Assembly (NCBI GenBank): GCA_052440005.1 | Contig: JBQVQL010000013.1 | Span: 1,583 to 65,582 of the forward strand | From: Phreatobacter sp. | Lineage (GTDB): Bacteria > Pseudomonadota > Alphaproteobacteria > Rhizobiales > Phreatobacteraceae | DNA: 64,000 nt | Direction: 5' to 3' | Shown here: positions 46,143 to 56,704 of the stretch, one piece after another | Layout of the letters: each line of letters opens with the position of its first letter | Numbering within the stretch: the stretch's first letter is position 1 | Made by a program: the position numbers and the translations under genes | Notes under the pieces: generated by a model | What the model saw: only the letters and a program-made list of their open reading frames with translations | Told to the model about the DNA's origin: nothing | Database searches by the model: none

Positions 46143-47174
46143 ATGACTCTCGACCGTCGCATCGTCCTCAAGGGCGCGGCCGTCGCCGCCGCCGCCACCG
46201 GCCTCGCCGCCCCCGCCCTCGCCCAGAACCAGGTGAAGTGGCGCATGCAGGCGCTGTGGGATCCGGGCACGACCCCGCAGAAGTTCGAGGAGCGTTTCGT
46301 CAAGCGTGTCGGTGAGCTCACCGGCGGCAAGTTCACCATCGACCTCTTCGCGGGCGGCCAGATCGTGCCCGCTGCCCAGGCCTTCGACGCGGTGCGCGGC
46401 GGCGCCTTCGAGATGATGAAGACCTTCGACGGCTACGAGGCCGGCAAGATCCCCGCTTTCGCCTTCACCTCGACCATTCCGTTCGGCTTCCCCGAATCCG
46501 ACCAGTTCGAGGCCTGGTTCTACGAGATGGGCGGCCTGGAGATGGCCCGTGAAGCCTATGCCCCTGCCGGCCTCGTCTATGTCGCCCCGACCATCTACGG
46601 CCAGGAGCCGATCCACTCGAAGGTGCCGATCACCAGGATCGCCGACCTCGCCGGCAAGAAGGGCCGCTTCGTCGGCCTCGCTTCCGCCGTCATGGCCGCC
46701 TTCGGCGTCTCGGTCTCGCCGCTGCCGACGGGCGAGGTCTACTCGGCGCTCGACAAGGGGGTCATCGACATCGCCGACCGCGGCGACCTCACCGCCAATT
46801 TCGAGGCGGGCCTCGCCGAAGTCGCGAAGCATGTCGTGCTGCCGGGAGTCCACCAGCCGACGACGGCGACGAGCTATGTCGCCAACCGTCGCGCCCACGA
46901 CGCCCTTCCGGCCGAGTTCAAGGCGGCGCTGACGGTGGCGGCGCGGGAGATCTCGACCAGCCTGCGCCAGCACATCCTCGTCCAGGACGTGCTCGTGCTC
47001 GACAAGTACAAGGCCAAGGGCTGCACCATCCACATGCTGGACGGCGCCGACATCCTCGCCAACCGTCCGAAGGCCGTCGCGGCCTGGCAGGCGGCCACCA
47101 AGGACAACGCGCTGGCGAAGAAGATCATCGGAAGCCAGATCGACTTCATGAAGAAGCTCGGCGTCCTCGCCTGA
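46143..47174 (+). CDS. TRAP transporter substrate-binding protein
   Basis: Tat-like signal MTLDRRIVLKGAAVAAAATGLAAPALA. DctP-superfamily length and pattern. Followed by Q and M subunits. Confidence 0.85.
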   Translation: MTLDRRIVLKGAAVAAAATGLAAPALAQNQVKWRMQALWDPGTTPQKFEERFVKRVGELTGGKFTIDLFAGGQIVPAAQAFDAVRGGAFEMMKTFDGYEAGKIPAFAFTSTIPFGFPESDQFEAWFYEMGGLEMAREAYAPAGLVYVAPTIYGQEPIHSKVPITRIADLAGKKGRFVGLASAVMAAFGVSVSPLPTGEVYSALDKGVIDIADRGDLTANFEAGLAEVAKHVVLPGVHQPTTATSYVANRRAHDALPAEFKAALTVAAREISTSLRQHILVQDVLVLDKYKAKGCTIHMLDGADILANRPKAVAAWQAATKDNALAKKIIGSQIDFMKKLGVLA

Positions 47175-47240
47175 TGCCGCACGTCGGCCGGGCACTGCCC
47201 GGCCGACGTCGCCTTCGACCCCCTCCCCGAGGAGCCGGCC

Positions 47241-47759
47241 GTGCCGCCGATCATCAGCGCCTTCGCGCGCGCCGTCACCGCGGTCAGCCGGGCGGCCTTC
47301 TATCTCGCCGCGCTGTCCATCTACGCCATCGTGCCGGTGATGCTGATCGACGTCGCCATGCGCTACGTCTTCAACAGCCCCACCGTCTGGGCAATGGAAC
47401 TCGCCGTCCTCATCTTCGGCCCGTATTTCCTGCTCGCCGGTCCCTACGTCCTGCACCTCAAGGGCCACGTGGCCATGGACATCATCCGCCAGCGCCTCTC
47501 GCCCGGTGCCGGGCGTGTGCTGGACCTCGTCAACATGCCGATCATCATCGCCTTCGCGGCAATCCTGCTCTGGTATTCCTGGCCGCTGGCGGTCGATTCC
47601 TGGAACTACGGCGAGACCTCCTTCTCGGCCTGGAACCCGCCGATCTGGTGGGCGAAGGCGGCGGTCCCCCTCTCCCTCGCGCTGATGCTCGCCCAGGCGC
47701 TCGCCGAGTTCCTCCGGTTGCTGTTCCGCGACTCCGGCTATGAGGCAGTCGCGTCATGA
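47241..47759 (+). CDS. TRAP transporter small permease (DctQ-type)
   Basis: 172 aa, 4 TM, GTG start. Overlaps the next gene by 4 nt. Confidence 0.85.
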   Translation: MPPIISAFARAVTAVSRAAFYLAALSIYAIVPVMLIDVAMRYVFNSPTVWAMELAVLIFGPYFLLAGPYVLHLKGHVAMDIIRQRLSPGAGRVLDLVNMPIIIAFAAILLWYSWPLAVDSWNYGETSFSAWNPPIWWAKAAVPLSLALMLAQALAEFLRLLFRDSGYEAVAS

Positions 47760-49081
47760 CGCCGGCACTCTCGTCCACCGCCATTCTCGTGCTCATGTTC
47801 GGCGGCCTGACGCTGTTCATGTTGACCGGACTGCCCATCGCCTTCGTGCTCGGCGGCCTGTCCCTCGTCATCACCGTCACGCTGTGGAACCCGCAGGCGG
47901 TGGTCATCCTCGTCCTGCAGATCTTCGACACGATGAAGTCGGAGGCGCTCCTCGGCATTCCGCTCTACATCCTGATGGCGGCGCTGCTGTCCCGCTCAGG
48001 GGTCATCGAGAAGCTCTACCGCGCCATGGAACTGTGGTTCGGGCGGCTGCGCGGCGGCCTCGCCATCGGCACGGTGGTGATCTGCGTGATCATGGCGGCG
48101 ATGACGGGCGTGGTCGGCGCGGCGGTGACCGCCATGGGCCTGCTCGCCCTCCCCGAAATGCTGCGGCGGCGCTATTCGCCGGAACTCGCGACCGGCACGA
48201 TCTGCGCCGCCGGCACGCTCGGCATCCTCATCCCGCCCTCGGTGCTGACCATCGTCTATGCCGTGACGGCGCAGGTCTCGATCGGCAAGATGCTGATGGC
48301 CGGCATCGTGCCCGGCATCATCCTGGCGACGCTCTACATCCTCTACATCATCGTCATTTCCTGGCTGAAGCCGGAGGTCGCGCCGCTCGCCGACGACACC
48401 GGCGACGTGCCGCTCGCCGAGAAGCTGAGGGCTCTGCGTTCGCTGATTCTGCCGACCTTCATCATCGTCATGATCCTCGGCTCCATCTTCTTCGGCATCG
48501 CCACGCCGACGGAAGCGGCCGCCGTAGGCGTCCTCGGCGCCGTCATCGCCGCGGCCATGGAGAAGCGCCTGACGCGGGACGCCCTCGTCTCCTCCGCCGT
48601 CGACACCGCCAAGGCGACCGCGATGATCCTGTGGATCACCATCGGTGCGAAGGCCTATGTGGCGATCTTCACCGGCCTCGGCGGGGCCGACACCCTGCTC
48701 GGCCTGATCAAGTCGCTGGACGTGGCGCCCATCGTCATCCTGCTGGTGATGATGGCGATCCTGATCTTCCTCGGCACGGTTCTGGACGAGATCGGCATCA
48801 TCCTGCTCACGGTGCCGGTCTTCATCCCCGTGGTGAAGTTCCTCGGCTTCGACGAGATCTGGTTCGGCGTGCTCTACGCCATCACCATCCAGATGGGCTA
48901 CATCTCGCCGCCCTTCGGCTACACGCTCTTTTACATGAAGGGGACATTGCCGCCGCACCTGTCCATGGGCGTCGTCTACCGCGGCATCATACCCTTCTTC
49001 CTGCTCCAGGCCGTCGGCCTCGCCATCGCCATGGCCTTCCCCGGCCTGATGACCATCCTGCCGACCCTGATGGACCGCTAG
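47756..49081 (+). CDS. TRAP transporter large permease (DctM-type)
   Basis: 441 aa polytopic protein with typical DctM blocks (GIPLYILMAALL, GTLGILIPPS). Confidence 0.9.
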   Translation: MTPALSSTAILVLMFGGLTLFMLTGLPIAFVLGGLSLVITVTLWNPQAVVILVLQIFDTMKSEALLGIPLYILMAALLSRSGVIEKLYRAMELWFGRLRGGLAIGTVVICVIMAAMTGVVGAAVTAMGLLALPEMLRRRYSPELATGTICAAGTLGILIPPSVLTIVYAVTAQVSIGKMLMAGIVPGIILATLYILYIIVISWLKPEVAPLADDTGDVPLAEKLRALRSLILPTFIIVMILGSIFFGIATPTEAAAVGVLGAVIAAAMEKRLTRDALVSSAVDTAKATAMILWITIGAKAYVAIFTGLGGADTLLGLIKSLDVAPIVILLVMMAILIFLGTVLDEIGIILLTVPVFIPVVKFLGFDEIWFGVLYAITIQMGYISPPFGYTLFYMKGTLPPHLSMGVVYRGIIPFFLLQAVGLAIAMAFPGLMTILPTLMDR

Positions 49082-49223
49082 GCTCAAGGGTCGGATCCGG
49101 CGTCGCGCCTCGACATGCTGTTCAACGCGGGCCCGCTCGGGTTACCCCTGACCGGACCGGCGCGGCGATCCGTGCAGGTGCCGGGCAGCGTGATAGGATG
49201 CCGGGGCAGACGTCGGGCGGAGA

Positions 49224-50015
49224 GTGATGGCCGTGCAGACCAAACCCCAGCGAGGTATCGGGGCGATCGAAACCGGGAGCCGTATCCTCAACGCCTTCGT
49301 CACGATCGGCCGGCCAGCCATGCTGCGCGACCTCGCCGAACACGCGGGCCTGACCGCAGCCCAGGCGCATGCCTACCTCGTTTCGTTCAAGAGCGCCGGA
49401 CTGGTCGAGCAGGAGGACGGCTCGGGCCTCTACCGTCTCGGACCGACGGCGCTCAACCTGGGCCTCGTCAGGCTGCGCACGCATGAACCTCTGCGCATGG
49501 CGAGCAGCGCCATCGTCGGCTTTTCGACGGAACAGTCCGCCATGATCGCCCTGTCGGTCTGGGGCACCTATGGGCCCACCATCATCCAGGTGCAGGAGGG
49601 GCCGCACCAGTTGCATGTCAACGTGCGTGCGGGGACGGTCTTCTCCATCACGGGCACGGCCACCGGCCGCGTTTTCGCCGCTCACCTGCCCGAAAGCCTG
49701 ATCGCCGAGCGCGTCGCTGCCGAGCGGACCGATCGTGCGACGCAGCGGATCGGTCAGGTCACCACGCTGGCGGAATTGAAGAAGCATGCGGCCTTCATCC
49801 GCCGGCACGGCTTTGCCCCGATCGAGGGACAGCCGGTGCCGGGGGTCAACGCCATTGCCGCCCCCGTGCGGGACTACACTGGCCAGCTCCAGTGCGTCGT
49901 GACCATGATCGCCGCCGCCGGCATGCTCGACACAGGGGTCGGCGGCGAGCGCGCCAAGGCCATGCTGGCTTTTGCCGGCAAACTATCCTCCGATCTGGGA
50001 TATCGGGCGCCGTAA
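49224..50015 (+). CDS. IclR family transcriptional regulator
   Basis: N-terminal wHTH (SRILNAFVTIGRPAMLRDLAEHAGLTAAQAHAYLVSFKSAGLVEQ) plus an IclR effector domain. ATG 49227 is an equally possible start. Confidence 0.85.
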   Translation: MMAVQTKPQRGIGAIETGSRILNAFVTIGRPAMLRDLAEHAGLTAAQAHAYLVSFKSAGLVEQEDGSGLYRLGPTALNLGLVRLRTHEPLRMASSAIVGFSTEQSAMIALSVWGTYGPTIIQVQEGPHQLHVNVRAGTVFSITGTATGRVFAAHLPESLIAERVAAERTDRATQRIGQVTTLAELKKHAAFIRRHGFAPIEGQPVPGVNAIAAPVRDYTGQLQCVVTMIAAAGMLDTGVGGERAKAMLAFAGKLSSDLGYRAP

Positions 50016-50044
50016 AGGGACCCGCTGACGACTGGGAGACCGAG

Positions 50045-50794
50045 ATGATGCTTCAGGGGCGCGTGGCGCTGGTGACGGGGGCCGGCGGCGGCATCGGGCG
50101 GGCGCTGTGCCTTGGCCTCGCGCGCGAGGGGGCCGTGGTGATCGCCACGGACCGGTCGGAGGAGGCGTGCCGCGCCACCGCCGACGCCGTGACGGCCGCA
50201 GGAGGCCGGGCCGAATGGGCTGCCCTCGACGTCACCGACCGCACGGGTGCCGCAGCTGTCCTCGCCGGCATCATGGACAGGACCGGCGACGTCTCCATCC
50301 TCGTTAACGGCGCCGGCATCTGCCCGCGCCACGGCATCGACGATCCCACCCTCTTCGAGGCCTGGGACGCGGTGATGAAGGTGAACCTCGACGGTGCGCT
50401 CAACGTCACCATGGCGGTGCTGCCGGCGCTGAAGCGGACCCGCGGCTGCATCGTCAACATCGCGTCCATCGCCGCCTTCGTCTCCACCGCCACGTCCCTC
50501 GGCTATTCGACGTCCAAGGCGGCCCTGAAGATGCTGACCCAGAACCTGGCGCAGGAACTCGCCCAGAGCGGCGTGCGCGTCAACGCCATCGCCCCGGGGA
50601 CCATCGCCACCGAGATGACGACCGCCACCCGCAATGATCCGGCGCGCGCGGCGAAATTCCTCGCCCGGATTCCGATGGCGAGGTTCGGCGAACCGGAGGA
50701 ACTGGTCGGTCCGGTCGTCTTCCTCTGCTCGCCCATGTCGACCTACGTCACCGGCACGACGCTGGTCGTCGACGGAGGCTATCTCGCCGTCTGA
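50045..50794 (+). CDS. SDR family oxidoreductase (classical, FabG-like)
   Basis: Start re-picked at ATG 50045. TGAGGGIG, NGAG, catalytic YSTSK, PG motif IAPGTIAT. Confidence 0.9.
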   Translation: MMLQGRVALVTGAGGGIGRALCLGLAREGAVVIATDRSEEACRATADAVTAAGGRAEWAALDVTDRTGAAAVLAGIMDRTGDVSILVNGAGICPRHGIDDPTLFEAWDAVMKVNLDGALNVTMAVLPALKRTRGCIVNIASIAAFVSTATSLGYSTSKAALKMLTQNLAQELAQSGVRVNAIAPGTIATEMTTATRNDPARAAKFLARIPMARFGEPEELVGPVVFLCSPMSTYVTGTTLVVDGGYLAV

Positions 50795-50931
50795 CATGTG
50801 CAGATCAGGACCCGCCGAACGGCTGCTTGCCATCGAGGCAGGACCTCGCCTAGCGTGACGAACGCATTCGTTCATTGCGAATATCTGGCGACCCCAACCC
50901 CTCAAGGGAGGCCCTGTCCGTGACGGCCATC

Positions 50932-52653
50932 ATGACCGACACGCTCGTCGTCGGCTCCGGCGCCGGAGGTCTCGCCGCCGCTGTGACCGCGCGGCTTGGC
51001 GGGCTCGACGTGATCGTCGTCGAGAAGGAGCCCCTGTTCGGCGGCGCCTCTGCACGGTCGGGCGGGTGGCTCTGGATCCCCTGCAATCCCCATGCGCAGG
51101 AGGCCGGGATCGCCGACACGCCGGCCGAGGCCCGCCGCTACCTGCAGCACGAGGCGGCCAACCATTTCGACGGCGAGAGGGTCGACGCCTTCCTCGCCAA
51201 TGGGCCGGAGATGGTGTCGTTCTTCGAGAAGAACACCGCGGTGAAGTTCGTGCTTGGGCCGGCCTTCTCCGACTACCATCCGGACGCACCGGGTGCGAAA
51301 CCCGGCGGTCGCTCCATCGTCGCCGAGCCTTTCGACGGCCGGGAGCTCGGCGCCGAGATCAAGCGCCTGCGCCCGCCGCTCCCCGAGATCACCTTCCTCG
51401 GCATGATGATCGGCTCCGGCAAGGAGCTGCTGCACTTCTTCAACGTGACGCGCTCGGTGAAGTCGGCCGGCTATGTCGGCATGCTGCTCGCGCGCTATGC
51501 CCGCGACCTTGCCCTGCACGGTCGCGCCATGCGCCTCACCAATGGCAATGCGCTGATCGGCCGTCTGGCGAAGTCGGCCCTCGATCTCGGCATTCCCATC
51601 CGCACGTCCAGTGGCCTCAGGGACCTCATCGTCCGCGACGGGCGCGTGATCGGCGGGATCGTCGACACGCCGGACGGTCCGGTCGATATCCATGCCCGTC
51701 GCGGCGTCGTGCTGGCCAGCGGCGGCTTTCCCCGCAACGCCGAACGACGCAAGGCGCTCTATCCGCATGCGCCGACGGGCGAGGAGCACTACTCCCCCGC
51801 CCCGCCCGGCAACACCGGCGACGGTCTGGGGCTCGCCGAACGTGTCGGCGCCGCTGTGGTCACCGACTATCCCAATCCGGCAGCCTGGGCGCCCGTCTCG
51901 CGGGTGCCGCGCCGCGACGGCTCCATCGGGCTCTTCCCCCACTTCATCGATCGCGCCAAGCCGGGCGTCATCGCGGTGACGCCGGCAGGCCGGCGCTTCG
52001 TCAACGAGGCGAATTCCTATCACGACTTCATGCAGGGCCTGTTCAGGGCGACGCCGAAGGGGGCAGAGGTCCGGGCTCTGCTCATCACCGATCATCCGAC
52101 CCTGCGGCGCTACGGGCTCGGCTTCGTCAAGCCGTTTCCGGTGCCGCTCACGCCCGTTCTCGCCAACGGTTACCTGAAGAAGGGGCGGACCCTGCGGGAG
52201 CTCGCAGCCGCGGCCGGGATCGATCCGGAGGCTTTCGAGGCGACGATCCGCGACTTCAACGAGACGGCACGCCGCGGCGAGGATCCCGCCTTCGGTCGTG
52301 GCAGCACCGCCTACAACCGCTATCTCGGCGATCCCGATGTCAAGCCGAACCCCTGCGTCGCCCCCATCGAGACCGGACCCTTCTACGCCGTGGAGGTGGT
52401 TCCAGGGGAGCTCGGCACCTTCGCCGGCATCCGCTGCGACGCCGACGCCCGCGTGCTCGACGAGAGCGGCGCCCCGATCCCAGGGCTCTATGCCGCCGGC
52501 AACGACGCTGCGAGCATCATGGGCGGCAATTATCCCGGCGGCGGCATCACCCTCGGACCGGCCATGACCTTCGGCTACATCGCCGCGCGGCACATGCAGC
52601 ACCACCCCATCGCACCATCCGACCAGGAGTTGCCGCAGGGCACGCGTGCCTGA
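50932..52653 (+). CDS. FAD-dependent oxidoreductase (KstD / fumarate-reductase flavoprotein-like)
   Basis: Dinucleotide motif VVGSGAGGLAAA, EKEPLFGG.S..SGG, C-terminal AAGNDAASIMGGNYPGGG. Start at ATG 50932, or GTG 50920. Confidence 0.85.
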   Translation: MTDTLVVGSGAGGLAAAVTARLGGLDVIVVEKEPLFGGASARSGGWLWIPCNPHAQEAGIADTPAEARRYLQHEAANHFDGERVDAFLANGPEMVSFFEKNTAVKFVLGPAFSDYHPDAPGAKPGGRSIVAEPFDGRELGAEIKRLRPPLPEITFLGMMIGSGKELLHFFNVTRSVKSAGYVGMLLARYARDLALHGRAMRLTNGNALIGRLAKSALDLGIPIRTSSGLRDLIVRDGRVIGGIVDTPDGPVDIHARRGVVLASGGFPRNAERRKALYPHAPTGEEHYSPAPPGNTGDGLGLAERVGAAVVTDYPNPAAWAPVSRVPRRDGSIGLFPHFIDRAKPGVIAVTPAGRRFVNEANSYHDFMQGLFRATPKGAEVRALLITDHPTLRRYGLGFVKPFPVPLTPVLANGYLKKGRTLRELAAAAGIDPEAFEATIRDFNETARRGEDPAFGRGSTAYNRYLGDPDVKPNPCVAPIETGPFYAVEVVPGELGTFAGIRCDADARVLDESGAPIPGLYAAGNDAASIMGGNYPGGGITLGPAMTFGYIAARHMQHHPIAPSDQELPQGTRA

Positions 52654-52754
52654 TCGGGGCTCGACGGCATCCTGGCCCCCGCCCAGGATGATCCGGCATC
52701 ACCAAGGCCGAATGGCCAAGCGGGCTTCTTGACCTGCCGGAGGAGGAAACGGCG

Positions 52755-53822
52755 ATGAAACTCTTGAAGACAATGGCGGCGGGCCTCGGACTCATGGCCG
52801 CGGCGACCCTGGTTCCGGCGGCAAATCCCGCCATGGCGCAACAGTCGCGGACGTTCGACCTGCAGCACGGCTTCCCGGTCAACCTGCCGTCCCTCGGCCC
52901 GAGCCCGGGCCGCTGGGCGCAGATGGTCGAGGCCATGACCAACGGCGAGGTGAAGATCCGCGTCCGCAACGCCGGCGAACTCTCGCCGCCGCTCGAGATG
53001 TTCGGCGCGGTGTCGTCGGGTGCCATTCCCATGGCCTTCGACTGGATGGGATACTGGGCCAACCAGATCCCTGTGACCAACCTCGTCAGCGCCATGCCGT
53101 TCGGCGCCTCGCCCGAGATCCTGCTCGCCTGGATGTTCCGCGGCGGCGGCCTCGAAATCATCCAGAAGGCTTATGACCCGCACAACGTGGTCATCCTGCC
53201 CTGTCACCTCGTCGATTCCGAGGCCGGCGGCTGGTTCCGCAAGGAGATCAACTCGGTCGACGACCTGAAGGGCCTGCGCATGCGCATCGCCGGCCTCGGC
53301 GCACTCGTCCTGTCGAAGCTCGGCGTGTCCACGCAGCTCGTGCCCGCGGGCGAGATCTTCGTGGCGCTGGAGCGCGGCCGTATCGACGCCACCGAGTTCT
53401 CGCTGCCCTCGATCGACCGCGGCCTCGGCTTCTACCGGGTCGCCAAGAACTACTACTTCCCCGGCTGGCACCAGCTCGCGACCTGGGACTCGATCATCAT
53501 CAACAAGGGCGTGTGGAACTCGTTCACCGACCGGCAGCGCACCATCATGCGCGAGGCCTGCATGGCGAACGTGACCTTCAACATGTACGACCAGATCGAC
53601 ACCCAGCGGACCGCCCTCGAATATTACCGTACCCAGGGCGTCACTATCCGGCGCTTCCCCGACACCGTCCTCACCGCCCTGCAGAAGGCCTCGGAAGAGG
53701 TGCTGAACGAGCAGGCGGCGCGGGATCCGCTGTTCAAGGAGGCCCTGACCAGCCTGCGCGACTACATCGCCAAGGTGGGCGAGTGGCGGGAGCTGCAGCG
53801 CATCCCGGCGCCGCAGCGCTGA
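52755..53822 (+). CDS. TRAP transporter substrate-binding protein (second system)
   Basis: Sec signal MKLLKTMAAGLGLMAAATLVPAANPAMA. DctP-superfamily. Followed by Q and M subunits. Confidence 0.85.
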   Translation: MKLLKTMAAGLGLMAAATLVPAANPAMAQQSRTFDLQHGFPVNLPSLGPSPGRWAQMVEAMTNGEVKIRVRNAGELSPPLEMFGAVSSGAIPMAFDWMGYWANQIPVTNLVSAMPFGASPEILLAWMFRGGGLEIIQKAYDPHNVVILPCHLVDSEAGGWFRKEINSVDDLKGLRMRIAGLGALVLSKLGVSTQLVPAGEIFVALERGRIDATEFSLPSIDRGLGFYRVAKNYYFPGWHQLATWDSIIINKGVWNSFTDRQRTIMREACMANVTFNMYDQIDTQRTALEYYRTQGVTIRRFPDTVLTALQKASEEVLNEQAARDPLFKEALTSLRDYIAKVGEWRELQRIPAPQR

Positions 53823-53858
53823 CCGGAACGGACGGACATCACCCGGCCGGCGCCTCGT

Positions 53859-54515
53859 GTGCCGGCCGTCGCCCGTGAGGAACTCCCGATCGTGGATGCA
53901 GCCCTGAAAATCCTGGATCGCGCCAGCCGACTGGCGAGCGGCTTCTGCCGCCTCGCCAGCTGGACCCTGCCGCCGGTCATTGTCGTCATCCTGGGGACGG
54001 TGCTGGCGAGCCAGCTGCGCCTCTCCACCATCGTCGTCTGGGGCCTCGAGGTGCCGCTGTTCGGCGACCGGCTCACGGTTACGGGGCTGACCGAACTGCA
54101 ATGGCACCTCTTCGCCGTCATGGTGATGCTCGGCATCGTCTATGCGGTCGAGACCGACGCCCATGTGCGCATCGACTTCGTCGCCGGCCGCTGGACCGCG
54201 CGCACGCGCGTCATCATCGAACTGATCGGCGACACGCTTCTGCTTCTGCCGTTCACGCTGTTCATGCTGCACTTCTCCTGGCGCTTCACCGGGACCGCGT
54301 TCCGCACGGGCGAGCGCTCGACGACAGGCGGGCTCGAGGACCGGTACCTCGTCAAGGGCATGATGCCGCTCGGCTTCGCGCTGCTGGCCATCGTGGTGGT
54401 GGTGAAGATCATCCAGCACGTCGTCGCCCTGGTCGGCCCCGGCCGCGACCCCGCAAGCGTCGACTGGTTTACCCGCAGACAGGGCGTCGCTCCCGAGGAA
54501 GGCATGACCACGTGA
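53859..54515 (+). CDS. TRAP transporter small permease (DctQ-type)
   Basis: 218 aa with 4 predicted TM segments. GTG start, exact start uncertain. Confidence 0.8.
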   Translation: MPAVAREELPIVDAALKILDRASRLASGFCRLASWTLPPVIVVILGTVLASQLRLSTIVVWGLEVPLFGDRLTVTGLTELQWHLFAVMVMLGIVYAVETDAHVRIDFVAGRWTARTRVIIELIGDTLLLLPFTLFMLHFSWRFTGTAFRTGERSTTGGLEDRYLVKGMMPLGFALLAIVVVVKIIQHVVALVGPGRDPASVDWFTRRQGVAPEEGMTT

Positions 54516-55855
54516 CCGGACAATGGTTGCCCATCGCCATGCTCGTCGTGCTCGTCGCGGGCGCCTTCAGCGGCTATCCCATGGGCTTCGTCATGGCAGG
54601 GATCGCCGTCAGCTTCTGCCTCGTCGCCGACGTTCCCATCGCCTTTCTCTTCACCTTCGTGACGCGGATCTATTCCGGCATTCTCGCCGACTGGCTGCTG
54701 CTCTCGATCCCGCTCTTCGTCTACATGGGCCTGATGCTCGACAAGTCGGGCATCGCCGGGCGGCTCCTGACCTCGCTCGCAAGGCTCATGGGCCCCCTGC
54801 CGGGCGGCTACGCCATCGCCGTCGCGGTGATCGGCATCATCATGGCGGCCTCCACGGGCATCGTCGGCGCCTCCATCGTCATGCTCGGCCTGCTCGGCCT
54901 GCCGGCCATGCTGGAGCGCGGCTACGACCCGCAGATCGCCACCGGCATCATCGCGGCCTCGGGCACGCTCGGCATCCTGATCCCGCCGAGCATCATGCTC
55001 GTGGTGCTCGGCGAGGTGCTGCAGGTCTCGGTCGGGGACCTGTTCCTCGGCGCTCTCGTACCCGGCATCCTGCTCGGGGTGCTCTTTATCGTCTGGATCC
55101 TGATCGGCGCGGTGCTCTGGCCGCAGCGCATGCCCGCCATCGAGCGGCGCGAAGGCATTCCGCTCGGTGCGCTGCTGCTCGAGGCCGGCGCCAATCTGGT
55201 GGCGCCGCTGGGGCTGATCGTCGCCGTCCTCGGCTCGATTGCCGCGGGGATCGCCACCCCGACAGAGGCGGCCGCGATCGGCGCCCTCGGCGCCACGATC
55301 CTCGCAGCCTTCTCCCGCGAGTTCCGCTGGTCGTCGCTGCCGCCAATCCTTCACTCGACCACGCGCACGACGGCGATGATCGCCATGGTGATGATCGGCG
55401 CGACATGCTTCACCGGGCTCTTCCTGCGCATCGGCGGCGACGACCTCGTCCGCAACATGCTCTTCGTCGACACCGTCGGCGCCTGGGGCGTCCTCATCAT
55501 CATCATGCTGGCGGTCTTCATCCTCGGCTTCGTGCTCGAGTGGGTGGAGATCACCTTCATCCTGATCGTTCTCGTCGCACCCATCGTGGCGGACCTGAAC
55601 TTCGGGATGGGCATGACACGGGAGGAGACCCTGATCTGGTTCGGCATCCTCGTGGCCGTGAACCTGCAGACGTCGTTCATCTCGCCGCCGTTCGGGGCCT
55701 CACTCTATTATCTGAAGGGCATCTGCCCGCCCCACGTCACCATCGGCACCATCTACCGCGGCGTCACGCCCTTCATGATGATCCAGCTCATCCCGCTGCT
55801 GATCGCCATGGCCTGGCCGCCGTTGATCCTGTGGCTGCCGAAGCTCATGCGCTAA
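54512..55855 (+). CDS. TRAP transporter large permease (DctM-type)
   Basis: GTG 54512 overlaps the DctQ stop (GTGA), in the frame of ORF 54101..55855. Polytopic, with GTLGILIPPS block. Confidence 0.9.
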   Translation: MTGQWLPIAMLVVLVAGAFSGYPMGFVMAGIAVSFCLVADVPIAFLFTFVTRIYSGILADWLLLSIPLFVYMGLMLDKSGIAGRLLTSLARLMGPLPGGYAIAVAVIGIIMAASTGIVGASIVMLGLLGLPAMLERGYDPQIATGIIAASGTLGILIPPSIMLVVLGEVLQVSVGDLFLGALVPGILLGVLFIVWILIGAVLWPQRMPAIERREGIPLGALLLEAGANLVAPLGLIVAVLGSIAAGIATPTEAAAIGALGATILAAFSREFRWSSLPPILHSTTRTTAMIAMVMIGATCFTGLFLRIGGDDLVRNMLFVDTVGAWGVLIIIMLAVFILGFVLEWVEITFILIVLVAPIVADLNFGMGMTREETLIWFGILVAVNLQTSFISPPFGASLYYLKGICPPHVTIGTIYRGVTPFMMIQLIPLLIAMAWPPLILWLPKLMR

Positions 55856-56174
55856 AAGGGCCCGTTCTCAACACGGCCAGCCCGCGCAGTCGTTCCAGAT
55901 GAGCGCGGAAGCCTCCATGGTGGATGAACCGGCTGCCGGCGCAGGAGCCTGTCCGGAATCCTTGGAAACACGCCGGCTTGCGTCGCGGCATGAGCCTCCA
56001 GCAGCCCCCCTGCCATAAGCCCTGGCAGAGAGAGGCACGCCCCCGGGAAGCCAGCCGTTCGTAAGGGGCGCCACCTTGGTGCCGCGCGAAGCCAGGGCCG
56101 ATCAGGCGGTGCCAGACACCGGACAGGCGCCCCACGGTCGCCTCATGTCGGGATCAACCAGGGACTATGGTACG

Positions 56175-56603
56175 ATGTCATCGAACCGCCGCCGCACCGC
56201 CTTTGCCGCCGCCTCCGGACTTGTTCTCGCGGCTTTTTCGGCCGGGGCTGCGGTCGCCCAGCAGCAGCTTGCCGCGCCTCCGGCCGTCGCCGCCGAATTC
56301 CGTCAGTTCCTGGTCTCCTTCCGCCAGGCCGTGCAGGCGAACGACCGCGCCGCGGTGACTTCACTCACCCGCCTGCCTATGCTCCACACCAGCGACCTGC
56401 ACGACCGCGCCGCTTTCGAGGGGCGGGTCTACCGGCAGATCTTCACGACGCGCAATCGCACCTGCCTGCGGACCGCGCGCCCCGTCTACGACAGGAGCGG
56501 CGACGGCACCGACTCCTTCATGATCTTTTGCGGCGACATGTACTTCCTGTTCACGAAGAAGACGGACGGCTTCCGCTTCGCCGAGACAGGCGTGAACGAC
56601 TAG
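56175..56603 (+). CDS. secreted hypothetical protein
   Basis: Start re-picked at ATG 56175. Signal-like MSSNRRRTAFAAASGLVLAAFSAGAAVA. No family recognised. Confidence 0.55.
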   Translation: MSSNRRRTAFAAASGLVLAAFSAGAAVAQQQLAAPPAVAAEFRQFLVSFRQAVQANDRAAVTSLTRLPMLHTSDLHDRAAFEGRVYRQIFTTRNRTCLRTARPVYDRSGDGTDSFMIFCGDMYFLFTKKTDGFRFAETGVND

Positions 56604-56704
56604 GGTCCTCACCTCGCCGCAACGCGACGGGCGCAGCCCTCGCAGCGCGGAGCGAAGGGCAGTTACTTGCAGAGGCCCGCGTCGCCCGGGTCTCTCGCGG
56701 CCGC

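Noticed and set aside
55845-56135. 96-aa minus-strand ORF in the spacer after the second TRAP system
   Set aside because: Arg/Gly/Cys-rich with no start context or motif. It is likely non-coding spacer.
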